64,000 nt of DNA from a virus (Duplodnaviria > Heunggongvirae > Uroviricota > Caudoviricetes), in the IMG/VR virus record IMGVR_UViG_3300037419_002054, positions 35,122-99,121 of that record; one strand, written 5' to 3'. The notes below the pieces were generated by a model. The model was given only the letters and a program-made list of their open reading frames with translations. It searched no databases and was not told where the DNA came from. Below, piece by piece: positions 1 through 10,600 of the stretch; position 1 is the first letter of the stretch; every line of letters begins with the position of its first letter. Both the position numbers and the translations under genes were made by a program.

Positions 1-333
1 ACGCCACCCCGGGGTTCACCGTCACCTGCAGCACCGAGTTCATGTATACCTCGGTGTAGGCGGACGAGTCCCCGTTCGTCCAGCTCAGGTGAACGACGTA
101 ATCCGGCGTGAACCCGTCCGGCCGGCAGGAGGAGTTGTCCAGCGCGTTGGGAGTGCTCGGCGCCGCCGCCGGGGCCGCGGCTCCTCCTTGCCACGCCCCC
201 GCGACGGCGTCGTACACCCACATGCTGACGATAGGGCGCCAGACGGCGGCGGACGCGTCGTACACCCACGCCGCCACCGCCTCCCGCCACGCACCTGCCG
301 AGGCGTCGTAGACGCTGAAGGTATTGAGCGCCA
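1..333 (-). CDS. partial CDS (N-terminal 111 aa present, runs off window start); tail-fibre-region protein with three tandem WVYDA-type repeats
   Basis: Open minus-strand frame from ATG at 331-333 (TGATG overlap with stop of the 1323-aa gene) to the window edge. Translation begins MALNTFSVYDASAGAWREAVAAWVYDASAAVWRPIVSMWVYDAVAGAW. Confidence 0.45.
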
Positions 334-3300
334 TCAGCTGTGCTGGATCCAGATGGTTCCGTGTGGAGCCGTCCCGCTCGCCGCGGACGTACTCCACTTC
401 ACGCGGGCGACATCGAACCAGCTGCCCCATCCGCCGGCCCGCGTACCCGTCCTGTACTTCCACGCCCCGTTGAGGTTGCTCGTCCACGCCTGCTGGTGCG
501 AGCCGCCGCCGGAGTCACTCGTCCACTGATCGATCTGCCATGTCGCACCGTAGCCGTACCCACTGAGGCCAAGGTAGGACAGCTCACTGAACCACAGGCG
601 CTGCGCCTGCCCGCTCCCGATCGCTCCCGGGTTAGGAGCGCTGGTGCGGTAGTCTCGAAGCGCCTGCCGATCCACGTCGAGTAGGAGGCCGGCGCTACTC
701 CAGTCCAGACTGCCGACGTTTGCGCTCCCCGCGATGAAGTCCACCCGCGTGGTCAGCATCTCCATCCGGTTCGGGCTCACCGTCGTCTCGTTCTGCCCGA
801 CGATGAGCTGCGTCCCGAAGTAGCCGTAGCTGGCGATCTTCATGTTGTCCGCGTACAGCGAGAGCCCCACGCGAACGGAGTTGCTGAACTGGCTCATCGC
901 CGCGTTGGACGTGAACGCCGAAGCGGTCACGGTCCCGGAGATCGTCACGGCTCCGCCGCTCGCGACCTGGAAGTTCGGCGTGTAGATGAAGTACCCGCTC
1001 GCCGAGTCGTCAAGGTCGATGTACTTCGCCAGTCCCCCCAGCGAGTACGCGCTGGAGAGTCGCAGCCCGGCCGTGAGGCCCGGGTTCCGAATCAGGCCGG
1101 CTGTCAGCGTCCCCACGTTCGCGCTGATGGCCGAGAGCGTGGCAACGCTGATCCGGTCCGCGGTGACGGCGCCGGCAAGGATCTTCGGGGTGGTGATGGC
1201 CCCGTCAGTGATGGAGGTCGTCACCACCTTCCCGGCCTGCACGAGCCCGGTGAGGTCCAGCCCCTGGATTGCCCGTACGGCCCCGGTGTTCAGGGACCGG
1301 AGGTCAACGAGGGGGATCAGCGTGCTGTGCATCGCAGCGACCTCTTCGTCAGCCAGTACCCGCGGCGCAACGAACACGTCCTCCAGAAGCCCGTTGAACT
1401 CGTATCCCTGCCCCGGCCCGAGGTTGCCGAGAGTCAGCTGCGTCGCGGTCGAGTCCCAGTTGGCAGAGAAGGTCCCAAGCAGCTGGCCGTTGTAGTAGAC
1501 CCTGCCCGCCTGCGTGCTACGCTTGTAGCTAATCGCGAAGGCGTGCTGATCGTAGCAGGTCCCTCCGTTCGGGCGCGTGAAAACCGCACCGTTCTGCACT
1601 CCCCCGGTCGTCCACTGAACCGTGATCTGCGTGGAGGTGGTGTTGACTGCCGCCGCAAGGTAGAACTTCGGCCAGACCGCTCCGTACATGTTGTAGTTCA
1701 GCGGCACTCCGGGGTTCACCTTTGCGCGGCAGAGGAAGGTGAACTCGTCCCAGTTGTTGCTCCGGGCGTCGTCGAAGACGAGCATCCCGCGGGCGGTCCG
1801 AGACCCCTGAACGAACGCCGTCGGGAACGCCAGCGCCTCCGTCTGCACGTTCCGGTACCAGAAGACCTCGTTCACCGCCGCGCTTGCGGTATTCCCGGAG
1901 TCGTACTGCATGTAGAAGCCGATGTTGCGCGTAGCCCCGGAGGTGTTGTTCCACGTCAGGGACCACCATCGCGGAGAGATCTCCGCTGCGACCCCCACCC
2001 CGTAATCCCCGGTGAGCAGAGGCTTCCACTTGCCGCTCGGGCTGAACAGCTCCATCGAATAGGTCCGCAGGTTCCCGCTCGGATGGGCCAGCTGCGCGCC
2101 CAGCGCCGCAACGAGTCCGGCGGCCCCAACCTGGGAGACGACGACCTTGTACCAGCCTGCGAACTCCCCGTCGGTCTCCAGCGTCCGGGTCATGATGGCT
2201 CCCGGATAGACGGCGATGTTCGTCGGGTCCGGGACGAGGTTCGTCGTAGGGACGTCAATCCCCAGCGCTCCGCCGCTGATCCCCTGCTGATCGCGCAGGG
2301 AGTAGGCCGGGTACGAGGCGTTCGGCGTGAGACGCAGCCGCGAGTCCCGGGGTAGCGCGTCGAAGTTCCAGAGGAGGGCGCCCTTGTTCACGTCCTCCGT
2401 CACGTCGTAGCCCGTCTCGGGGGACCGGGCGGGGATCGTCACGTTGTACGCCGTCGTGCGCCCCGCGGAGTCCTTCACCTCAAGGTACACCTTCGTGGGG
2501 TAGTACGCGTGCTTGAGCACGTCCTCCTGCGAAGGAAGCGCGGTCGAGGCGAACGCGGACCACGTACCCTGCGTGGAGTCGACGTCGATCCTCCGGCGCC
2601 ACTGCAGGGGACCCGTACCGCCGGCCCCGAGCGCACCCTCGTACTGCACCTTGGCCTTCGTCGCGTAGTCGTACCCCGCGGTGAAGACGAAGGAGATGTT
2701 GGCCGTCGGCGGATCGATCGTGAGCGCCGCCGGAACCAGCACGCTGTCCCGGGAGTACGCCGCGCCGGCCCCGGAGGTGGGGACGTTCCCGCCCACCAGC
2801 CCGGAGTTGTAAGGCATGACCCGGACGTTCCAGGTGATGCCGCGGGTCGGGTTCCCGAAGTCGTACGTGATCTGCTGCCCGTCCGTCAGGTTCTGCTGGG
2901 ACGTGGACGCGATCGTCGAGAAGGAGTCCGCGGAGAGCTCGATCTTGCAGCTCCCGCAGAACGCTCCTCCCACGACCGTCACGCGCAGCCGGTTGTTGGC
3001 CTCATCGAAGACGAGGTCAACAGATTCAAGCCACGGGCTCTCCTTCGCGCTCAGCGTCACCGGGGACCACGAGGACCGGATGCCGGAGAGCTGGCCCTGC
3101 ACCTGCAGGTACGCGCGCTTCACCTGATCCCGCACGAGGGGGATCTGGTTCATCATCTGCGCGTAGACCGTCGAGCCTCCGGACGTACGGCAGAACCACG
3201 TGGTGGGTCCCGCCGAGGTTCCGTCCGCGAGGTAGAGCGGCGCCGGGTTGCCGTTGCCCGTACAGCTGGCCCAGATCTCGGAGGTGGTCTCGTTCTCCTG

Positions 3301-4305
3301 ATAGAAGACGCGAGCCGACTCGCTCCCGGGGGCCTCCACCTGCCCGTACACGTCCGCCTTGTCTCGGGACGTGTTGAGGCGCACGCTCGGGTTGATCCCC
3401 GGCGCCACACCCTCGTTCTTCGCCTGGAAGAGAGCCACCGAGCCGGCCGCGCTCGCGGACGTCATCGGAAGCACCTTCACGTAGGCGATCGAACCCTTGG
3501 GGCAGACGACGGTGGTCTGCACGCTTCCGGCCCGGGAGTTGATCAGCCCGTCGTTCACGGACGTCGTCGGGTCCGCCGGAGCGGACCCGATCCCGACCTT
3601 GACGTAGTGCTTGGCGGCGTCGCTATCTCCCTGCACGCTCACCGCCACCGAGCCGTCCTGCGCGAAAGCGACCTGCACCCCGGTCACGTTGGCGGCGGTG
3701 CCCACGTTGAAGGCCACCTCCTCCTGCGCGATCCGGAGGGAGCCGACGGCGTCGTAGTAGGTGATCCGGTAGCCGATCCGGCTCGCGTGCTTGTCGACGA
3801 GGGTCACGTTCGCCGTGTAGGGAGACGTCACCGCCGTCCACACGCCCCAGTTCCCGGTCCCGCTCTTGATGCGCATCTCCACCGTGACGATGCGGCACTG
3901 CGGATCGAGGATCGTGAGCGTGAGCGTTCCGGTCGTCGCGGTCTCCGAAGTCGCCTCCTGCACGATCGGGACCACGGCATCCGGAGCCCCGTAGATAAGC
4001 CCGGAGATCTCCGCCGGCTTCGCGCTCACCCAGCAGGTCGGGGCGCTCTTCGAGTACCCGTCTCGCACGTGCCGGACGCGGTACCACCGCTTCAGCCCGT
4101 CATTCGGGAGGTCGTAGTCCGTGAAGAACTGCGAGCCCTCCGGCTGGTAGAAGAACTCGCTGAGCGCGGTGTTCGGCGCCCCGGCGTTGTCCGGGGCGCG
4201 CTCGATCTCGTAGCCGTACCCCGGGGTGTCCACGGGGAACAGCCCGATGATGATCCCGTACTTGCGAACGGTACGGATGCTCGGTGTAAGCGTCGGCCTT
4301 GCCAT
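334..4305 (-). CDS. large distal tail protein / tail fibre (host-specificity-type, 1323 aa)
   Basis: Largest ORF, last in the tail module after TMP and two tip proteins. Low Arg, Gly/Thr/Ser-rich beta-type composition typical of fibres. Position-based call. Confidence 0.55.
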   Translation of the reverse strand: MARPTLTPSIRTVRKYGIIIGLFPVDTPGYGYEIERAPDNAGAPNTALSEFFYQPEGSQFFTDYDLPNDGLKRWYRVRHVRDGYSKSAPTCWVSAKPAEISGLIYGAPDAVVPIVQEATSETATTGTLTLTILDPQCRIVTVEMRIKSGTGNWGVWTAVTSPYTANVTLVDKHASRIGYRITYYDAVGSLRIAQEEVAFNVGTAANVTGVQVAFAQDGSVAVSVQGDSDAAKHYVKVGIGSAPADPTTSVNDGLINSRAGSVQTTVVCPKGSIAYVKVLPMTSASAAGSVALFQAKNEGVAPGINPSVRLNTSRDKADVYGQVEAPGSESARVFYQENETTSEIWASCTGNGNPAPLYLADGTSAGPTTWFCRTSGGSTVYAQMMNQIPLVRDQVKRAYLQVQGQLSGIRSSWSPVTLSAKESPWLESVDLVFDEANNRLRVTVVGGAFCGSCKIELSADSFSTIASTSQQNLTDGQQITYDFGNPTRGITWNVRVMPYNSGLVGGNVPTSGAGAAYSRDSVLVPAALTIDPPTANISFVFTAGYDYATKAKVQYEGALGAGGTGPLQWRRRIDVDSTQGTWSAFASTALPSQEDVLKHAYYPTKVYLEVKDSAGRTTAYNVTIPARSPETGYDVTEDVNKGALLWNFDALPRDSRLRLTPNASYPAYSLRDQQGISGGALGIDVPTTNLVPDPTNIAVYPGAIMTRTLETDGEFAGWYKVVVSQVGAAGLVAALGAQLAHPSGNLRTYSMELFSPSGKWKPLLTGDYGVGVAAEISPRWWSLTWNNTSGATRNIGFYMQYDSGNTASAAVNEVFWYRNVQTEALAFPTAFVQGSRTARGMLVFDDARSNNWDEFTFLCRAKVNPGVPLNYNMYGAVWPKFYLAAAVNTTSTQITVQWTTGGVQNGAVFTRPNGGTCYDQHAFAISYKRSTQAGRVYYNGQLLGTFSANWDSTATQLTLGNLGPGQGYEFNGLLEDVFVAPRVLADEEVAAMHSTLIPLVDLRSLNTGAVRAIQGLDLTGLVQAGKVVTTSITDGAITTPKILAGAVTADRISVATLSAISANVGTLTAGLIRNPGLTAGLRLSSAYSLGGLAKYIDLDDSASGYFIYTPNFQVASGGAVTISGTVTASAFTSNAAMSQFSNSVRVGLSLYADNMKIASYGYFGTQLIVGQNETTVSPNRMEMLTTRVDFIAGSANVGSLDWSSAGLLLDVDRQALRDYRTSAPNPGAIGSGQAQRLWFSELSYLGLSGYGYGATWQIDQWTSDSGGGSHQQAWTSNLNGAWKYRTGTRAGGWGSWFDVARVKWSTSAASGTAPHGTIWIQHS

Positions 4306-6729
4306 CTACGTCAGGTCTCCGAAGAACAGGCAGATCCCCGCCGGCCGAGGGGCCGTGTTGAGGACGAGCGAAGTCGTGAACGTTACCTGAGCCACTGCTC
4401 CCGCGCCTCCGTACGAGTCGATGTATCGCACTGCGGCGGAGTATTGCGTACCCGAGCTCAGGCCCTCGAAGGTGTACCGGCTGCTCCCCGGAGGGAGCAC
4501 GCCGATCCCGTACGACGTCGAGTTCCACCCCTCCCCGGGCACGCCGCCCTGGTTGAACAGGATCTCCATGTAGAGCGCAGAGGACGCGTTCGTCCACGTC
4601 ACCGTGGCGGTCCCGGAGTCCGACGTGGCTACGGCCATCCCGCTCGGGGCGGGGAGGGAAGCCGTGGTCACGGTCTCCGTTGCGGACCACGCCGAGGAGA
4701 TCCGGCCATCGAGGAACTGCATCGCGCGAACGGAGTAGGTCGTGCCGGAGCGGAGACCCGTGACGATGAACTGGACGGAACCCGTCACCATCTGCGCAGT
4801 GTAATCCCACGCCCAGGTATTCCCGCCGTCGTCACTCACCTGCACCCGGGCCCACGCCGGGTTGACGTCGTCTACGAGCGCGCTCACGTCCACGACGATC
4901 CCGTACTCCGGGGACGCGGAATACTGCGAAGCCGACACGAACGGGGTGACCATCGGGTTGAGGTTTGCCCCAACGTCGATGTAGTCGAATTCGTAGTAGT
5001 CCGGATAGATCCGCTTCTGCAGGATCTGAACGATTCGCACGCCGCCGCGCCCGTTGACCGAGGGGTTGGGGAACGTCGAGAGGTTGATCAAGACAAGGTC
5101 TCCCTCCGTCACCGATCCGGTCGACAGCATCCCCTGCAGCTTGCCCTGCACCGGACCGTCTCCGTAACGAGCCAGCGTCTCCCGGATGAACGGCTCGAAC
5201 ATCTTGATCCGTCGCCGAGCCATCTTATCGTTCCAGTTGTCCCCTTCCTCCGCACCCCAGTCAACTCCCTCCGGGAACCCCGGCCACGCCTTGATGTTGA
5301 GCGTCACCTGCTGCTCGCCCATCAGCGCGACGTTGTCGTGCTTGTAGACGAACCCAGGCCAGCCGGTCTTCTCGTCCGCGGAGTCCGTGTCCAGCCCGTC
5401 GATCGTATCCCAGTTGAGGGAGGAGTACCACCAGACCCCTTCCGCCTTGATCACGTTGTGCATCTCGTCGCTGCCGTGGTCCCACGTCGGCTGGGCGATG
5501 AGGTTCCCCGCGTTGAACTCGAAGAGCGTGAGCGGGTCCACGTTCTGAGGCAGCGTCACGGACCGCAGCGTCACGACTCCGTACTGGTCGATGAACGGGA
5601 TCACCCCGAGCGGCGCGAAGATGTGCTGCTCCAGGAAGTCCGAGAGGACCCACGGCTCGGTAACACGCATCGCGATCAGCGGGTAGCGCGCGTCAGCAAT
5701 TAGAGCATCCAGCGCCGCGGCGTTGTACCGCACCCCGCACTCATCGTACAGCATCTTGACGAGGCGGAACGGGTGGATGCCCGCGGCGCTTCCCGGCTCC
5801 GACGGGTACGGCGGCGGATCGTTCCGCGCCGGACTCGTCGCCGTCCAGAAGTCCTGCGGGTAGCACCCGATGTGGAGCGGGTGATCCGAAGTCACGGGAG
5901 CCCCGAACGCGTGGATATACGCCGGGAGCCACTTGTTGTTGAACGGGATGCCGCCGGGAGCGTAGACCCACAGACGCAGCTTGGTGTGGTGCGGGTCCTC
6001 GTCCGCCTTGTCCAGGTTCTCGAGGTAGTCGCCCGAATCCAGCTCCTCCGTGAAGCTGACGATCGGGTAGTCCACGCCCCCGATGCAGCAGGCCATGTAG
6101 TCGAAGTTGCTCCCGTTGCGGCCGTGGTGGGCGTCGCCCTTCTTGAGCGACTCCCAAAACGTACGGCCGCGCACCTTGCCGGCGTCCTGGATCTCCACCT
6201 TGACGTGCGTCACCGGGGAGCCCTTCGTCTTCTTCTGGACGGCGACCTTCATGTTCGTCGGGACGTACCCCGCCCACTGGTAGCGGTAGTTACCCGGGTA
6301 CAGGACGGTCGTCGTCGTCTTCTCGAAGATCTTGGACCGGCGCTCCATCCAGCGCTCGTCCTCCACCTGGATGGAGTAGGAGCCGGCGCCCTCCGTCTCC
6401 GAGATGTTGGTGAGGCGCCCCGTAGCCACCGTCACCCAGGCCCCGCCGTTATCCGCTACCTGCAGCTCCACCAGCCGGGTGATCATCTGCAGCCGGCCGG
6501 TCGAGGGGCTCGAGAGCAGCGCAGAGATCCGCCCGCCGCGGTCGATTGCTTCGACCGACCACGAGCGGGTCTCCGTCTTCCCCTCAAGCAGGCGGACCTG
6601 AGAGCCCCCGGTCTGCGGGATGGCCTTCAGGTCGTTCATGCCGATGATGAGATCGGTGGTCGTATCGTCCACCGTCGTCTCCCCGAGCTTACAGATCCGG
6701 ACCCGGTAGACTCGGTTCAGTTGGGCCAT
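4306..6729 (-). CDS. tail tip/baseplate-hub-like protein (807 aa) with C-terminal fibronectin-III-like repeats
   Basis: Lies between the distal-tail-protein candidate and the fibre. C-terminal region has repeated TVTW..YSVRA and YTFEGLSSGTQYSAAVRY FN3-like motifs. Confidence 0.5.
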   Translation of the reverse strand: MAQLNRVYRVRICKLGETTVDDTTTDLIIGMNDLKAIPQTGGSQVRLLEGKTETRSWSVEAIDRGGRISALLSSPSTGRLQMITRLVELQVADNGGAWVTVATGRLTNISETEGAGSYSIQVEDERWMERRSKIFEKTTTTVLYPGNYRYQWAGYVPTNMKVAVQKKTKGSPVTHVKVEIQDAGKVRGRTFWESLKKGDAHHGRNGSNFDYMACCIGGVDYPIVSFTEELDSGDYLENLDKADEDPHHTKLRLWVYAPGGIPFNNKWLPAYIHAFGAPVTSDHPLHIGCYPQDFWTATSPARNDPPPYPSEPGSAAGIHPFRLVKMLYDECGVRYNAAALDALIADARYPLIAMRVTEPWVLSDFLEQHIFAPLGVIPFIDQYGVVTLRSVTLPQNVDPLTLFEFNAGNLIAQPTWDHGSDEMHNVIKAEGVWWYSSLNWDTIDGLDTDSADEKTGWPGFVYKHDNVALMGEQQVTLNIKAWPGFPEGVDWGAEEGDNWNDKMARRRIKMFEPFIRETLARYGDGPVQGKLQGMLSTGSVTEGDLVLINLSTFPNPSVNGRGGVRIVQILQKRIYPDYYEFDYIDVGANLNPMVTPFVSASQYSASPEYGIVVDVSALVDDVNPAWARVQVSDDGGNTWAWDYTAQMVTGSVQFIVTGLRSGTTYSVRAMQFLDGRISSAWSATETVTTASLPAPSGMAVATSDSGTATVTWTNASSALYMEILFNQGGVPGEGWNSTSYGIGVLPPGSSRYTFEGLSSGTQYSAAVRYIDSYGGAGAVAQVTFTTSLVLNTAPRPAGICLFFGDLT

Positions 6730-6732
6730 CGC

Positions 6733-7647
6733 TTACACCACCCCCGTGAAGTTCCCGGTGGACCCCGTGATCCGGAGGCGCACCGTCTGCATGTACTCCT
6801 TCAGTAGCGCACGGTCGTGATCCTGCAGCGCCTCGATCAGGTCCCCATTCGGCTCGATGAGCAGAGAGGAGAAGGTGTTGACGTACGCGCTGTTTACGCT
6901 GCCCTTCTCCACCTGCGGGTTGCGGAACCACACGGAACCGGAGCCCCCCGAGGTCGTCGTGCGGAGGGTGAGGTACACCTTTAGCGACGTAGCCCCTGCC
7001 GGTGCCGTGACGTTGGCCACCGCGTACCGTGTGTACCCCGTCGCGGTCCCGGTGTAGTTCGTCCCGTTCGCCCCGAGCTGGTTACCGTTGGCGTCCCTCC
7101 ACTGCCAGACGAACCCGGCGGCGATCGACGCCCCGGAGATGCGGTAGTCCACGGAGAGGCTCACCACGTCCCCTCCCGCCACGCCGTAGAGAACCTGCGA
7201 GAGGTAGAGGTTGGCCGCGGCGGTCGACCCGCCGATTGTCATCTTCTGTGCCGTGTCCTCCTGCGTGTAGGTCGTCGCGAGGAGTCCGGCCCCGGACGTC
7301 GACCCCACCCACCCCTGCGCGACCTCCAGAACCGGGTTCAGCGTCATGTTGCTGTACCGGAGGAGGTTCTTCGGGTGGTAGTACAGGGTGTTCCCGTCCG
7401 CCCCCGCCGTCAGCATCGTGAGCAAGGCGTACGGGTCATCGGCGTACCGGATCTCGCCGAGCAGCTCCTGAACCCCCGTTCCCAGCGTTACGACGTCCCG
7501 CCCGGAGAAGTCCAGGCTGTCGTGGATGAACCGGCGCTTGCGGAGCCCCGCCTGCGTCTCGCGCAGGGGGGCTCGCAGCGGAAGCATCGACCAGGGGCCG
7601 ACGTCCGGCCCCCAGGCGATCATTGCGTTACCGAAAAGTGCCGCCAT
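6733..7647 (-). CDS. distal tail protein candidate (304 aa)
   Basis: Gene immediately downstream of the tape measure protein in a siphovirus-type tail module. Synteny only. Confidence 0.4.
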   Translation of the reverse strand: MAALFGNAMIAWGPDVGPWSMLPLRAPLRETQAGLRKRRFIHDSLDFSGRDVVTLGTGVQELLGEIRYADDPYALLTMLTAGADGNTLYYHPKNLLRYSNMTLNPVLEVAQGWVGSTSGAGLLATTYTQEDTAQKMTIGGSTAAANLYLSQVLYGVAGGDVVSLSVDYRISGASIAAGFVWQWRDANGNQLGANGTNYTGTATGYTRYAVANVTAPAGATSLKVYLTLRTTTSGGSGSVWFRNPQVEKGSVNSAYVNTFSSLLIEPNGDLIEALQDHDRALLKEYMQTVRLRITGSTGNFTGVV

Positions 7648-7655
7648 CTCTCAGC

Positions 7656-10600
7656 TCACACCTTGAATCCCTGGGACTTGGCAACCCGCAGCGTCTCGCG
7701 AATATAGTCCTGCCACTCCGCGTCGCGCGCAGCCTGCCGCATATCCTTCGGTCCCGGCATCCCGCTGAAGTCGAAGACGACCGCGGGCTGGGAGGACGGC
7801 TGGGCCTGCGTCAGCGCCGCCCCCGGGTCAACCACGTCCACCGGCTTAACCTGTCCGCTCACCCCGGGGAAGAAGAGCTCGGGACCCTTCTCCCCGACGA
7901 TCCACGCCTCGCCGGCGGTCATGTTGGCTCCCTTTGCCGCAAAGCCGTCAATCGCACCGCCGATGGCGCCGCCGGCCGCAGCCCCTCCGGGACCCCCGAT
8001 CGCAAGACCGACGACCGTGCCGAGCGCCCCGAAGATCCCTCCGCCTCCACCGCCGCCTCCCTGCTGGTCCATCTTGAGGGCCTTCATAATCGCCTTCATC
8101 ACCAGAAGCTTGATGATCATCTTGGCGATGTCGGCGAGCATCTGCTTCGCCCAGTCCCCCCAGTTCTTCCGTCCCTCGATCAGTCCGTCAACGATCCCGC
8201 CGATGACCTGCTCGGCGACGCTCTGGAACGCCTGATGGAGCTGGTTCGCAGACTGCTGACCCTTCGTCCGGACCTGATCCATCGCGTCCGTAATCTGCTG
8301 ACGGAAGATCTCGATGCCGGGGGCGATGGCCTGCATCTCCGCCATCAGCTGGTTCAGCATCTGGAGGGCGAGCGCCTTGTTCTCGCCCGCGGCCCGGTTG
8401 ATCTCCTGCGTCCGCCGGCTCAGGTACTCCGAAAGGACGTTGAACCGCTCCTGCTCCAGCTGCAGCTGCTCCTGCGAGCCGGCGCGGACGTGCTGCAGCT
8501 CGGAGTCGATCTGAGCGACCCGGGCCTTGTACGTGAGCTGCCCCGTCTGGAGGCGGAACTGAGCCCACGACCGCTCCTCGTCCCGGATCTGCCGCAGGGC
8601 CGTCATCTCCTGCTGCTTCAGCTGCAGGTAGAAGTCCGTGTTCGTCCGCTGCGCCTGCTCCTCCTGCGCAATCGCCTGCTGGATCAGAGCGAGGCGATCC
8701 TGAGCCCCCTTCTGCCCGGCGGAGACTTCCAGCTCCATGCGCTGCATGTTCCGCTGGAACGTCTGGTCACGGATCTGCTGTTCCGTCTGCGCCTGCTCCT
8801 GGAGCATGGAGACGTAGAAGTCCGTGTTCGTGCGGTGTGCCGCCTGCTCCTGCCCAATGATCTGGTTCAGGAAGTTGAGGCGGTCCTGCAGGGTCTTCCG
8901 CCCCTGCTGAACCTCGACGTCCATGAGGTCCAGCTGACGCTTGATCCCCTGCTCCCGCGCGTGCTCCGCCTTCTTTGCCTCGTCCTCCGTCTGCGTCGGG
9001 GTGAACCCCGCCCCGTTGGCGAGAGCGGCGGCTGCATCCTCTGCCGCCTTCTGCGCATCGCGGCGCTGACGGTCGAGGATGTTGTACTGCGTCGTCATGT
9101 CGCGGATTTCCCGCTCAGTCGTCGCGTACTGCTCGTTCAGCGCCGTCTGCTGGGCCTCGAGTCGAGCCACCTCTGCGGCGGCCTCTCGCGTGGCCCGGCT
9201 CTCGTAAGGCATGTCGCGCATCTGCGCAGGACGGGAGTTGGCCGCCTGCGTATCACTATCCTGCGACGTCTTCAGCTTGTTCCGCGCGGCCGTCAGCTGC
9301 TGCTGGAGAACCTGCTTGGCGAGGTTGATATCGTCCTCCAGCGCCATCCTCCCCGTCACGCCGGCCATCAGCTGCTCGGCGTTCATCCCGGCCAGCGATG
9401 CCCGGAAGGACGCGATGGCCGCCGCGGTGGCCGCTGCCGCCTGCTGCGCCTTGTAGGACACGTACATGAAGGCGCCCGCCAGTAGCGCCAGCCCGCCGAT
9501 GATCAGGCCGGCCGGAGTCAGGAGGCTCGCAAGTCCCGCCAGAGCCGCCTCGCCCTTCAGTACCGTGATCACCGCCGTGAGGGCGGCCACGGTCTGGATC
9601 ACCTGCCCGAGCATGAAGAGCAGCGGCCCGAGCGTTGCAAGGAACGCCGCGAAGCCGATGATCAGCAGCTGCAGGATCGGATGGAGGTTTGCGAACGTCT
9701 CCACCCACGCGCTGAACATCCCGAGGATCGGACGGATCTCCGTGAACAGCTTGCGAAGCGCCGGGATCAGCGTCTCGCCGAGCTGGCTGGCGACGTTCGT
9801 GATCTCGTTCCACAGCATCTTCAGCTGGTTCTCGGTCGTGCCGTAGAACCGCTCGGCCTCCTTGTTGAGCGCCGTGTTCTCCTCCCACGCCCGGGAGGAG
9901 GTTTCGAGCGCCCGGGTCATCAGGTCCCCGGCGCCCGCGGAGCGCAGCAGCGCGTCGCGGACTCGAGCGTCCTGGAACTCGACCGACTTCAGCACCGCGA
10001 AGACGTTTACGCCCGACTTGTTCAGGCGGTCCAGCCCGCCGACGAACGCCAGCAGCGCCTTCTCCGGGTGCTCCTTCGCCAGCTTGGCGAACTCCGCCCG
10101 CGGCATCCCCGCGACCTGCGCGAAGTTTGTCAGGGACCCCTTGCCCTCCGCAACCGCGTTGGCGATCTCCATCATCACGCGGGAGAACGCCGTACCACCG
10201 GCCTCCGCCTCGACGCCCACCGAGGAGAGGGCCGCCGAGAGGCCCATGATCTGGCTCTCGTTCAGCCCGACCACGTGACCGGCGCCGGCAAGGCGCATAC
10301 CCATCGCGACGATATCCGACTCCGTCGTCGCGAAGTTGTTACCCAGCGCCACGATCGACGACCCCAGCCGGCCGAAGTCGTTCTGCGACATTTGGGTGAT
10401 GTTCGCGAACCGGGCCAGCTCCGTTGCCGCGTCCTGCGCGTTCAGGTTCGTCGCCACCCCCATGTCGGCCATGGCCCGGGTGAAGGCAACGAGGTTCTCC
10501 TTCTTCACGCCGAGCTGGCTGGCCAGCGCCGCGATCTGCCCGAGGTCGGCGGCCGACGTCGGGATCTCCGTCGACATCGTCTTGAAGGTGTCCTTCAGCG

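Noticed and set aside
2509-5703. 1064-aa plus-strand ORF overlapping the tail genes. Similar very long Arg/Pro/Gly/His-rich ORFs occur at 7623-9485 (+), 9681-11441 (+), 12209-13507 (+), 15931-17646 (+), 17373-18503 (+), 19317-20819 (+), 29882-31909 (-) and 61700-63847 (+).
   Set aside because: These are antisense or alternative-frame reads of about 70% GC coding sequence. Their composition is low-complexity (RRGRP...), they lack SD sequences, and they overlap genes with clear phage-protein signatures on the other strand.
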